NCBI GenBank assembly: GCA_048550155.1
Contig: JBLYYW010000068.1
Span: forward strand, 1 to 49,549
DNA: 49,549 nucleotides
Origin: Acidimicrobiales bacterium
Lineage (GTDB): Bacteria; Actinomycetota; Acidimicrobiia; Acidimicrobiales; SZUA-35
Direction of reading: 5' to 3'
The translations under genes and the position numbers were made by a program. The notes below the pieces were generated by a model. That model was not told the origin of the DNA. It made no database searches and saw only the letters and a list, made by a program, of their open reading frames with translations. Positions 28,713 through 38,026 of the stretch are shown here, in pieces; position 1 is the first letter of the stretch; every line of letters starts with the position of its first letter.

Positions 28713-31700
28713 TTGAGGGTTGTGGCTACCACGAGCAGAAACCAGCGCCCGGCGCGTTCGTCGACCACCCGACGTAGTTCCGACGGGAAATCACCGCAGC
28801 GGCGAAGGAAGAAGTCCGCTGCCCAGACCACCAGCGACCGCGAGGTGCAGGGCCTCCTGCTGCTCGCGCTCGGTGTTCTGCTCGCGCTCGGTCTCTACAC
28901 CGGCACCACGGGTCCGGTCGGCGAGCTGCTTGCGAACATCACCGGCTGGTTGGTCGGCCGGGTGCGGTACGTGGTGCCGTTGGGCCTGTTGTGGTTCGGT
29001 TGGCACCGCTTACGCAACGCTCCCAAGCCGCGCAGCCGCGCTCGACGAAAGAAGGCTCCCCGATTCGACCCGGCCCAGCTCGCCGCAGCCGCGTTGCTCG
29101 TCGCGGCCGCATTCTCGATTCTCGATCTCGTAGGAGGCCGACCCTGGAATGGTTCAACAGTCGAGGAGCTGTCCGACGCAGGGGGCCATGTCGGCGTTCG
29201 GATCGGCGGAACCCTCGAGTCACTCTTCGGTCACTGGGGCCACATCATCGTCACCATCACCATGGTGTTGGTTGGTGTCGGTGTGCTCACCAGCATCAGT
29301 TACGGCTGGATTCTCGATGCGGTCGTTGTTCGATTCCGGCAGGCCGCTCGCTATGTGGCCGACTCGGTTTCGAACTTCGAATTCGATAGGTCCAAATTCG
29401 GGTTCGAGGACCGCCCCGATCCCGAGGCCGAGGACGCGGGGATCGTTGAACCGTTGCTCGACATCGAAATCACCACCGCCGACGACGGCCCGGGCGTCAA
29501 GAAATCGAAGGAGAGCACTGAGAAGTACATCGATCTTCGCCCCCACGCGCCTGAGTTCGAGGACCTTCCCCCCGCTCCGCCCAATCCGCTCGATGAAACA
29601 GTGCCCGCCGATGAGCAGCCAATTGAAATCGGCTCGTTCGCAGACTCTCCGGGCGACCATTTCAGCTTCAGTCAGGTCGAAGCCCCGACCGCGCCGACTG
29701 ACGTAGCACCGGCATCACCAACTCCCGAGGGTGGCGAGTGGCTGTTGCCCTCGGTCGGAATGCTCGAGCTCTCCTCCAGCCAGGATGTCGACGAGCAAGA
29801 GGTGCGCGATCGGGGGATGCGACTCCAACGGGCGCTTCAGGAACACGGTGTCGAGACTCGACTGATCGGTGTGCGGGTCGGTCCAACCATTTCGATGTTC
29901 GAATACGAGCTGGCGCCCAAGACCAAGGTCTCGCGGGTGATGGCGCTCAGGCAAGACATTGCCTACGCAATGATGACCCCCAACGTGCGGATCCTCGCGC
30001 CAATTCCGGGCAAGCAAGCCATCGGTGTCGAGGTTCCCAATCTCGAACGAGCGTTGGTCACCGTCGGTGATCTGCTTGTGTCCGAGGAAGCCAGGAAGGC
30101 CAAACATCCGTTGGAGGTGGGGCTGGGTCGCGACATCACCGGTCGCACCATCATGATCAACCTGGCCAAGATGCCGCACCTCCTGGTTGCCGGACAGACC
30201 GGTTCGGGCAAGTCCAGCGGCCTCAACACGATGCTCACCAGCATCCTGATGCGATCCACCCCTGATCAGGTTCGGATGATCTTGGTCGATCCAAAGCGGG
30301 TCGAGCTCACCCAATACAACGGGCTCCCACACCTGCTCAGCGAGGTCGTCACCGACCCCAAGAAGGCGGCAAATGCGCTCAGCTGGGGCGTCCGTGAGAT
30401 GGAACGTCGCTACAGCATGCTCGAAGAGGTCGGGGTTCGAGACATCTCTGGCTACAACCAGGCGGTAGAGGACAAGCGTCTCGCTCCTCGAGTGCTCGAC
30501 GATGGCAGCCTGGGGGACTACGAGAAGTTCTCCTTCGTGTTGATCGTGATCGACGAGCTGGCGGACCTCATGATGCAGGTCGGCGCCGAGATCGAAGAAG
30601 CGATCGTTCGAATCGCTCAGAAAGCGCGCGCCGTCGGCATCCATTTGGTGATCGCCACCCAACGCCCGTCGACCAACGTGATCACCGGCATGATCAAGGC
30701 CAATGTTCCGGCCCGTCTCGCCTATGCCGTCAGCAGCCTCACCGACAGCCGCGTGATCCTCGACGCAGGTGGTGCTGAGAACCTGGTCGGCAAAGGTGAT
30801 GGCCTCATCAGCGACGGAAGCACCAGCGACCTCACCCGCTTCCAAGGAGCATGGGTCACAGAGGAAGAAGTCGCCGAGATTGTCGACTTCTGGCGTCACC
30901 AGGCTCCGGACGTGCAGTTCGACCCTCGGGTGCAGGGTGAAGACACGGAGATGGGAGGCGCCGCGGCTGTCCTGCCCGGCGGTACCACTGGTAGCGCCGA
31001 CGACGACGAGTTGTTGCTGGCCGCAATGGAGCTCGTGGTCAACAGTCAACGAGCCGCGGTGTCAGACTTCCAGCGCAAACTGCGGGTCGGATTTGCCCGA
31101 GCCGGCCGGCTCATGGACGAACTCGAACAGCGCGGCATCGTCGGCCCCAACGTTGGGTCCAAGGTCAGGGATGTCCTGGTCACACCGGCCGATCTGCACA
31201 AGATGGCTGGTGCCACCGCACCAGCGCCAGCCCCCCAACAACAGCAATTGATCACCCCTCCGATCGAGAAGGAGGCTGACCCCAAGCCAACTCTGGCCAG
31301 CATTCAAAACCCGGTCGAACCGTCCTCCCATGAGCGCTCGAAGGCGCTTCCCCGCCCCCTCACCGAGTCGGAGAAGCAAGAACAGCAGACCTCTCCCGCC
31401 GGAACCGACATCTCACCGGCAGCCGAACCGCCTGAAGAGTCCACCGAACCAGCCGAGCGCGATGTCATCGAGCACGCGGCAGAGCTGATCATCAACAGCC
31501 AACTCGGGTCGGTTCCGATGTTGCAGCGCAAACTGCGGGTCGAACTCAAAGAAGCCGAGAGGGTTATGAATGTGCTCGAAGAGCGCGGCATCGTCGGCCC
31601 GGCTCAGGGCGTGAGGGCCCGCGAGGTGCTGGTCAAGCCTGATCAGGGTGAATCCGACGCAGACACTGCCGTGGCTGATGCCGCCAAGCCGACCAAACCG

Positions 31701-31937
31701 ACCAAGCGACCCAAGAAGGCCAAGACGGCAGCGACGCCCGCGTCAGAAGCCAAGGAGCTCGATCTCACCGATGCCCCGGTCGATCTCACGGCCGAAACCG
31801 ACACCGACCCGGCAACGGTCGACGTTGACGCAGTGGAATCGATGTCAAGCGACGACGATGACGACGACTTCGCATCCGATGACGACTTCGACCCAGCACT
31901 CGCTCCGCCGCCGGGGTACCCCAAGCCGCAGCAGTGA
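28713..31937 (+). CDS. ftsK: DNA translocase FtsK with two tandem C-terminal gamma (winged-helix) domains
   Basis: 1074 aa. N-terminal TM helices, a long linker, the motor domain (Walker A VAGQTGSGKSS, VIDELADLMM), then two FtsK-gamma-like segments at nt 30999-31187 and 31455-31640. Start is TTG 28713 or GTG 28722. Confidence 0.93.
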   Translation: MRVVATTSRNQRPARSSTTRRSSDGKSPQRRRKKSAAQTTSDREVQGLLLLALGVLLALGLYTGTTGPVGELLANITGWLVGRVRYVVPLGLLWFGWHRLRNAPKPRSRARRKKAPRFDPAQLAAAALLVAAAFSILDLVGGRPWNGSTVEELSDAGGHVGVRIGGTLESLFGHWGHIIVTITMVLVGVGVLTSISYGWILDAVVVRFRQAARYVADSVSNFEFDRSKFGFEDRPDPEAEDAGIVEPLLDIEITTADDGPGVKKSKESTEKYIDLRPHAPEFEDLPPAPPNPLDETVPADEQPIEIGSFADSPGDHFSFSQVEAPTAPTDVAPASPTPEGGEWLLPSVGMLELSSSQDVDEQEVRDRGMRLQRALQEHGVETRLIGVRVGPTISMFEYELAPKTKVSRVMALRQDIAYAMMTPNVRILAPIPGKQAIGVEVPNLERALVTVGDLLVSEEARKAKHPLEVGLGRDITGRTIMINLAKMPHLLVAGQTGSGKSSGLNTMLTSILMRSTPDQVRMILVDPKRVELTQYNGLPHLLSEVVTDPKKAANALSWGVREMERRYSMLEEVGVRDISGYNQAVEDKRLAPRVLDDGSLGDYEKFSFVLIVIDELADLMMQVGAEIEEAIVRIAQKARAVGIHLVIATQRPSTNVITGMIKANVPARLAYAVSSLTDSRVILDAGGAENLVGKGDGLISDGSTSDLTRFQGAWVTEEEVAEIVDFWRHQAPDVQFDPRVQGEDTEMGGAAAVLPGGTTGSADDDELLLAAMELVVNSQRAAVSDFQRKLRVGFARAGRLMDELEQRGIVGPNVGSKVRDVLVTPADLHKMAGATAPAPAPQQQQLITPPIEKEADPKPTLASIQNPVEPSSHERSKALPRPLTESEKQEQQTSPAGTDISPAAEPPEESTEPAERDVIEHAAELIINSQLGSVPMLQRKLRVELKEAERVMNVLEERGIVGPAQGVRAREVLVKPDQGESDADTAVADAAKPTKPTKRPKKAKTAATPASEAKELDLTDAPVDLTAETDTDPATVDVDAVESMSSDDDDDDFASDDDFDPALAPPPGYPKPQQ

Positions 31938-32914
31938 CGATCCTCGTAGGGATTGCGGCGTCTCTGGCCGGCATCGTTCTCCTCACATTCGCAGCCGACG
32001 CTTTCGTCGAGGGTGCCGCCAAACTGGCGGTCGTTCTGAATGTCACCCCGATCGTGATCGGGGCGGTCATCATCGGTTTCGGTACCAGCGCACCCGAGAT
32101 GTTGGTCTCAGCCGTGGCGGCCCGAAATGGTGACACCGATCTGGGAATCGGCAACATCATCGGATCCAATACCGCCAACCTCAGCCTGATCCTGGGTTCG
32201 GCGGCGCTGCTGGTTCCTATCGCGGTGGCCAAGGATGTCTTGCGTCGTGAGGCCATCATGGCGACCCTCGCCGTGGTCATTTTCGCAATGGCCCTTCAGG
32301 GCAAAGGCATCAATGTTGTGGAGGGGGTACTGCTCTTCGTTCTCTTGATCTTGGCTTTGGGGTGGATCATCAGATCGGGAAACGCCCCTCCGATCGACGA
32401 GATCGTCGAAGAGGGCGAGCCGGTCCAGCCCGGCACCGAAGTGATCCGGACCGTCGTCGGATTGGTCGGTACCGTCGGCGGGGCGTGGCTTCTCGTGAAG
32501 GGTGCAACCGACCTTGCAGACGAGTTCGGCTTGAGCGGTGGATTCGTTGGCGTGACGCTCGTCGCGATCGGCACCTCGTTGCCAGAGCTGGTCACGACGC
32601 TCGCCGCAGCCAGGCAGGGTGTCACCGACCTGATCGTTGGAAATCTCCTGGGTTCCAACCTCTTCAACTCGCTGGCGGTCGGCGGGGTCGTGGGCGTCCT
32701 GGGCGATGGCACGATTCAGGACAGTTCGTTGGCCACCCTCGACATGGGGTTCATGCTGGTGGTGTGCCTCGGTGCCTTCGCCGCCATGTGGAGTCGAGCG
32801 CTGTTCGAACGACTCGAGGGAGTTGTGCTCCTGGGGGTCTTCGTATTGTTCCTTGTCGTCTCGTACCTCAATGAAACAGCCGAAACCGCCGGACACTCTC
32901 TGACCCTTCTGTAG
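31934..32914 (+). CDS. Ca2+/Na+ (cation) antiporter, CaCA / YrbG-like family
   Basis: 326 aa, ~10 TM. Two alpha-repeat motifs (GFGTSAPEMLVS and AIGTSLPELVTT). GTGA overlap with the ftsK stop. Confidence 0.85.
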   Translation: MTILVGIAASLAGIVLLTFAADAFVEGAAKLAVVLNVTPIVIGAVIIGFGTSAPEMLVSAVAARNGDTDLGIGNIIGSNTANLSLILGSAALLVPIAVAKDVLRREAIMATLAVVIFAMALQGKGINVVEGVLLFVLLILALGWIIRSGNAPPIDEIVEEGEPVQPGTEVIRTVVGLVGTVGGAWLLVKGATDLADEFGLSGGFVGVTLVAIGTSLPELVTTLAAARQGVTDLIVGNLLGSNLFNSLAVGGVVGVLGDGTIQDSSLATLDMGFMLVVCLGAFAAMWSRALFERLEGVVLLGVFVLFLVVSYLNETAETAGHSLTLL

Positions 32915-32960
32915 GAGTAATTACCCTCCAGGCGGCCCCAGTCGGTGCCGATAGACCGCT

Positions 32961-34553
32961 ATCGCTCTTTTAGCCACCAATCGCCATACCGATCGCAAAG
33001 ACGAATCGGGGTACGTCCTCGCGACGACCGCGCTGCTTCTGATTCCTCTGATGATCTTTGCGGCGTTCGCTGTGGACGTGGGAGCCTGGTACGCAGAGGC
33101 CGACCAGGCTCAGCGGGCCGCGGATGCGGCAGCTCTGGCGGCCGGTGTTGAAGTCCCCTCTGCAGCGCTTGCAACTGCTGCCGCCAAGTCGGTTGCGGCC
33201 TCAAACGGCTACGTGGACCAGCCTGGTTGTGACGACCCGACGCAGCCGTGTACGCCGGCCCCAGGTGCGTACCCCCAGGTAATCACCCAGATCCTGGGCC
33301 CATCCACGGTCAGGGTCACGATCCTCACCGAAGGTGAGGCGTACTTTGGCCAGGTCGTTCTGAATGGCATCGAGATCGAGCGTTACGCAACGGTCGAGCT
33401 GACCCGACCGCTCCCGATGGGAACCCCCTCGAACGCTCTGGGGACTGGCCGCGACAATGTCTATCGACCAGGTGATCCCGACAACTTCTGGTTGAACATC
33501 CACGAGCAGGGAACGCTTCGGCAGTACGGCGATCCCCTCAGCATCCCGCTCGCTGACAATGGGAACGTCAATGATCAGCGAGACACCCGAGGCTTCCTCT
33601 ACCTCATGAACATCCCGGCCGGATCAGTTGGAATGCGCCTTCAAGCAAGGGTGAGCTGCTTCGCCGACAGCAGTTCCGACCTGATTCTCAACCTGTACCA
33701 ACCCGACCCAACGACTCCCAACTACTACGACGACAATATTGTCCCGGCGAATCTTGCGGTCCAGGCCGGCGGAAGCTCCAGTGATGTCGTCTATCCGCTC
33801 GATCGGAGTACCAACTGCCCCAATGCCTACGATCCCAACGCAGCCGAGGAAGAGGGACCGTGGCAGAACGTCGCAACGAACCTAACTCCCGGAGTGTGGG
33901 TCGTGCAGGCGAAGTCGTCCAACACCGGTCGCTTGCTGTATTCGCTCCGCGTTTCCGGAGCGTTCGGAAACAGCTGCTCCACGATCACCGATCCGGACTG
34001 CCCCACGCTCAGCCCGCTCAACTACCTTGGCGTGTACACCGACCAGGACATGTTTCCCAACTCGCTCCGCAACGGCAATGGCACCCTGCCCGGAGTCAGC
34101 GTCCCGATCGAGCTCTATCTGGCCGAGGTCGGCCCTGAGAACTATCGATCGACGCTCGAGGTCACGATGTTCGATACGGCTGACGGCATCGACCAGGTCG
34201 AGGTTCTGATGCCGCCCAATGCCGCTGGAGTCCGGCTTCCAGCACCGCTCTCTTGGGTTGCCATTGCCGAAAGCGGCTATTCCGAGTACGTCGGCACTGC
34301 GCTTGACGGCAGCAACTGCATCAACGGGGCTGGCACATGTGTCCGCCGTGAGCCGTTGGGCGGGGGTCAGTTCTTCCAGGATCGGCTCATTCGGATCACC
34401 ATCGATCTCAACAACGTGCCAGGCGGCTACACATGCACCACCGATTGCTGGGTGAAGATCCGCTATACGACTGCGACCTCAGGGGTGAACCTAGGCGAAA
34501 CCACAGCATGGCGGGCTCGAATCATTGGAGATCCGCTACGGCTGATCGAGTAG
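32961..34553 (+). CDS. TadE/G-like N-terminally anchored large secreted protein, paralogue 1 (canonical start codon missing)
   Basis: The track ORF is 33051..34553, but homology to paralogues 2 and 3 continues in frame upstream to ATC 32961. That codon aligns exactly with their ATG. No ATG/GTG/TTG lies between the stop at 32952 and 33051. Contains ESGYVLATTALLLIPLMIFAAFAVDVGAWYAEADQAQRAADAAALAA (Tad/PF13400-like). Confidence 0.65.
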   Translation: MALLATNRHTDRKDESGYVLATTALLLIPLMIFAAFAVDVGAWYAEADQAQRAADAAALAAGVEVPSAALATAAAKSVAASNGYVDQPGCDDPTQPCTPAPGAYPQVITQILGPSTVRVTILTEGEAYFGQVVLNGIEIERYATVELTRPLPMGTPSNALGTGRDNVYRPGDPDNFWLNIHEQGTLRQYGDPLSIPLADNGNVNDQRDTRGFLYLMNIPAGSVGMRLQARVSCFADSSSDLILNLYQPDPTTPNYYDDNIVPANLAVQAGGSSSDVVYPLDRSTNCPNAYDPNAAEEEGPWQNVATNLTPGVWVVQAKSSNTGRLLYSLRVSGAFGNSCSTITDPDCPTLSPLNYLGVYTDQDMFPNSLRNGNGTLPGVSVPIELYLAEVGPENYRSTLEVTMFDTADGIDQVEVLMPPNAAGVRLPAPLSWVAIAESGYSEYVGTALDGSNCINGAGTCVRREPLGGGQFFQDRLIRITIDLNNVPGGYTCTTDCWVKIRYTTATSGVNLGETTAWRARIIGDPLRLIE

Positions 34554-34601
34554 GGAAACTTACCCCTGTAGAAGGGCACCATTCGTGCCGATAGATCCGG
34601 T

Positions 34602-36221
34602 ATGGCGCTGTTGGCCGCTCTTTGCCGTACCAATCGAAAAGAGGAATCTGGGTATGTTCTCGCAACGACTGCGCTGCTTCTGATTCCTCTGATGATCTTT
34701 GCGGCGTTCGCCGTTGACGTCGGAGCCTGGTACGCAGAAGCGGACGAGGCCCAACGGGCTGCGGACGCTGCGGCGCTGGGCGGAGTTGTGTGGATGCCGG
34801 ACCTGAGCCGAGCCACCACAGCAGTGCGAGACATCGCCCTGGAAAACGGCTACGACCACAACGACCCGGACGTCAACGTGATCGTGGAGCGACGCGGAAC
34901 ACAGGGCATCCACGTGAAGATCGAAACCAAGGGCGAAACCCACTTCGGGCGGGTCGTGATGGATGAGATCGACATCACCCGACACGCAACCGCGAACTAC
35001 ATTCTCCCGGTTCCGCTTGGCAACCCCGGCAGCGCCTTGGGTTCTGGTCTCGATTCGTCACCGGTTGCCGGGGCGCCTCGTGAGAACTTGTTGCTGGCCT
35101 TGAATGGCTACTGCCAGGGCTATCAGAACGGCGACCCATTCGGGACCCGGTGGTTCGGCGGGTCCGGCTGTGGCTCGACCCAGAACACTCGCTACAGCGA
35201 CCAGGGGTATGACTTCATCATCGACTTCACCGGCCCCGACGGTGCCAATTCACCGGTGACCGGCCAATGGGACCTTCAGATCTTCGAGCCCGGGAGCTGT
35301 GGTCAGAACTCCGAGAGCGGATCGAGTGCCCGGATAGAGACCACCATGTGGAGGGGCGATGACACCCTGTTCACCGACGATGACAACAAGGTTCCCGGCA
35401 ACCTGGTGCTGGGCGAGAACGGCAGCGCCCTACCTCGCTTGTGGGATTCGGCCGCCTGCGGGGACGCCACATCACAATGGGTGAAGGCCTACGAAATCGA
35501 TGCCGATTCGAATCAGGGACGTTGGATCCTTCGGACCCGTACGCTGGCCGTGGATGCCGAGACAAGCCTCAATTCGTTCGGCCTCCGAGTCGTTCCCCGA
35601 AATACGAACACCCCATGCGGTTCGATTCTTCCGTCGTCGAGCTGTCCACAGCTGTACGCCCGAACGTGGCTCCCGATCTTCATCCCCAGCACGATCACCG
35701 ATGTTGCAGGGACCGCTCAAACAACTTTCGGCGGATCGCCTTCGGCCCTGTTCTATCTCGCCAATGTGCCCGAGATCCACAAGAGCAAGGTGTTGGAGAT
35801 CAAGCTGTTCGACCCGGGTGAAGGTATGGCCAACATGCAGGTGCTCGCTCCCGACAACACCCGCTATCCCTTCCAGCGATCCGTGCTGCCCGAGAACGGA
35901 GTTCAGTCAGGATTCGTTGACAACAACAACACCTGCACCGTGACCGATCCCGCGCTGACCGACACGGTGACGGCCTTGAATGTGGCTTACGAGTGCCTCG
36001 ACGTCACCGGATCGATCTACAACGGCGATGAAGTCACCATCCGGGTCCAGATTCCGAACAATTACAGCTGCGTCCCCGATGATCCGCTGACCGTGCCGGT
36101 CGAAGGACCGAACTGCTGGTGGCGAGTTCGTTATCAACCCCAGAACACCACCAGCGGCGTCACCGACCGAACCACGTGGAGCATTCGAGTGCTTGGTGAC
36201 CCGATTCGCCTGACCGAGTAG
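34602..36221 (+). CDS. TadE/G-like N-terminally anchored large secreted protein, paralogue 2
   Basis: 539 aa. Same N-terminal cassette (one Q->E change) and the same C-terminal ...CWWRVRY...TTWSIRVLGDPIRLTE motif. Cys-rich, Asn/Asp/Thr-rich central part. Confidence 0.75.
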   Translation: MALLAALCRTNRKEESGYVLATTALLLIPLMIFAAFAVDVGAWYAEADEAQRAADAAALGGVVWMPDLSRATTAVRDIALENGYDHNDPDVNVIVERRGTQGIHVKIETKGETHFGRVVMDEIDITRHATANYILPVPLGNPGSALGSGLDSSPVAGAPRENLLLALNGYCQGYQNGDPFGTRWFGGSGCGSTQNTRYSDQGYDFIIDFTGPDGANSPVTGQWDLQIFEPGSCGQNSESGSSARIETTMWRGDDTLFTDDDNKVPGNLVLGENGSALPRLWDSAACGDATSQWVKAYEIDADSNQGRWILRTRTLAVDAETSLNSFGLRVVPRNTNTPCGSILPSSSCPQLYARTWLPIFIPSTITDVAGTAQTTFGGSPSALFYLANVPEIHKSKVLEIKLFDPGEGMANMQVLAPDNTRYPFQRSVLPENGVQSGFVDNNNTCTVTDPALTDTVTALNVAYECLDVTGSIYNGDEVTIRVQIPNNYSCVPDDPLTVPVEGPNCWWRVRYQPQNTTSGVTDRTTWSIRVLGDPIRLTE

Positions 36222-36363
36222 ACGGCCCAGACGGCTGCTCCGCCACCCAAGGAACAACACAATGTCGATGCTTAGCGTGCACGGAGTCAACGGTCGAGAC
36301 AGCTCTGGTCAAACCAGGTCTGCGGTCCTCCAAAACAGGGACGCCGGAGCCGATAGATCCGGT

Positions 36364-38013
36364 ATGGCACATGAAGAGCCCCGTCGCGATGCCAATCGGA
36401 ATGCGGAATCGGGGTACGTCCTCGCAACGACCGCGCTGTTGCTGATTCCCCTGATGATCTTTGCGGCGTTCGCCGTGGACGTGGGAGCCTGGTACGCAGA
36501 AGCCGATCAGGCCCAACGGGCAGCCGATGCGGCAGCCTTGGCCGCCGTGGTGCGGATGCCGGATGAGTCAAGGGCTGCCCAAGCTGGGCTGGATATCGCC
36601 GGTCAGAACGGTTTCGTTGATCAGCCTGGATGTGGTGGATCGGCGGCGGACTGCAAAGCTCAGTTGGAAGCTGGTTCGGTGGGTTCTCCCCAGGTCGTGG
36701 TTGCTCCAACCGGCACACAGTCGATCAGGGTTCACATCCTCACGAACGCTCAGGCCTACTTTGGCAAAGTCGTGCTGGATGGGATCACGGTGGATCGGTT
36801 TGCGTCGGCCAATTACATCCTGCCGGTACCGATGGGCAACCCGACCAATGTCCTCGGTGGCGGCACGGAAACCATCGAAGGATCTCAGTCGAACTATTAC
36901 CTCCGAGCCATGACCGAATGCGAAAACCGGTCAACCGGTGACTTCATCGGAGCGGGTGGAGGGTGCACCGGAACCGGATATGACCCGAGCAATCCGGATG
37001 CGGGGAACACCAACCCGAATCACCGGGACGAGGGTCACAAGTTCATCGTCGACATCCCCGGAACCGGTAGCTGGGAACTGCAGGCGCGGCTGACATGTGC
37101 CGAAGCCTTCGGGTCCACCCAGGCCAATGCTCCGATGAGATTCACGCTCTACCCGGGAGACGACACCGATCTTGATGATCAGGACAACTTGCTGCTCCCG
37201 GTGCTCAACACCGTGACGGTGCAGGACCCTACCGACGATGTTGCCGCCAACTGTGATGACGACGGCGATGGCAACAACGATTGGGAGTGGGACAACGAAC
37301 CAGCACCGTGGGTCACGATCGAGGGCAACATGATGATCGACGGACACTACGTGTTGTTCGCCAAGAACACCGCATATGACGCAAACCGCCGTTCGCTCTA
37401 CTCGTTGCGGGTCGTGCCCACCGGGACATCGGCGAGCGCCACGTGGACCTGCTCGAGGATCGGTGCGACGCCGGTCGCCGACTGTCCAAATCTGTGGGCC
37501 GAGAGCTTCCTCACCACGTACACGAATTCGGACATGTTCGATCCGGCAGTTTCGAGCCAGTTCTCTGAACTGTTTCTTGCCGAGGTTCCTGAGGTGCATG
37601 CCGGCAAACGTATGGAAGTGGTGCTGTTCGACCCGGCTGATGGCATCGAGAACATGCGGATTCTGGACCCTTCCGGGATAGCTCAGAACCTCGAGTGGTG
37701 GACGATCGATTGTGCCGAGTACAACTACCCCTCGGCAGGTTGCACGAACGACTACGGTTCGCCGGCATCCCCGATCACCCAGACATGCGGGGCTGCGGCG
37801 ATTCCGTGCCTCAAACAAGAAGGCTCCTACAGCTTCCAAGACAAGACGGTGAAGTTGTTCATCGACATCCCAACGGGCTACGGCTGCGAGGTTGTTGCTA
37901 CCCAGCCGGACAACTGCTGGTGGACCGTCGAGTACGAGACCAATGGATCTGCGAGCGAGACGACGACCTGGGGCGTTCGTATCATCGGCGACCCGGTTCG
38001 ATTGACCGAATAG
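36364..38013 (+). CDS. TadE/G-like N-terminally anchored large secreted protein, paralogue 3
   Basis: The track ORF 36262..38013 is trimmed to ATG 36364, which aligns with the paralogue 2 start and follows the shared GCCGATAGATCCGGT motif. 549 aa. C-terminus TTWGVRIIGDPVRLTE. Confidence 0.75.
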   Translation: MAHEEPRRDANRNAESGYVLATTALLLIPLMIFAAFAVDVGAWYAEADQAQRAADAAALAAVVRMPDESRAAQAGLDIAGQNGFVDQPGCGGSAADCKAQLEAGSVGSPQVVVAPTGTQSIRVHILTNAQAYFGKVVLDGITVDRFASANYILPVPMGNPTNVLGGGTETIEGSQSNYYLRAMTECENRSTGDFIGAGGGCTGTGYDPSNPDAGNTNPNHRDEGHKFIVDIPGTGSWELQARLTCAEAFGSTQANAPMRFTLYPGDDTDLDDQDNLLLPVLNTVTVQDPTDDVAANCDDDGDGNNDWEWDNEPAPWVTIEGNMMIDGHYVLFAKNTAYDANRRSLYSLRVVPTGTSASATWTCSRIGATPVADCPNLWAESFLTTYTNSDMFDPAVSSQFSELFLAEVPEVHAGKRMEVVLFDPADGIENMRILDPSGIAQNLEWWTIDCAEYNYPSAGCTNDYGSPASPITQTCGAAAIPCLKQEGSYSFQDKTVKLFIDIPTGYGCEVVATQPDNCWWTVEYETNGSASETTTWGVRIIGDPVRLTE

Positions 38014-38026
38014 GCACAATGGGGGA

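Noticed and set aside
34587-34606. Conserved GATAGATCC motif as a leaderless-mRNA -10 promoter element
   Set aside because: The hexamers available (ATAGAT, TAGATC) do not fit TANNNT at the right distance from the ATG. The conservation is reported as a finding, but no promoter is called.
36262-36363. 34-codon N-terminal extension of paralogue 3 given in the ORF track
   Set aside because: Alignment with paralogue 2 places the start at ATG 36364, right after the shared GCCGATAGATCCGGT motif. The extension has no counterpart in the other copies.
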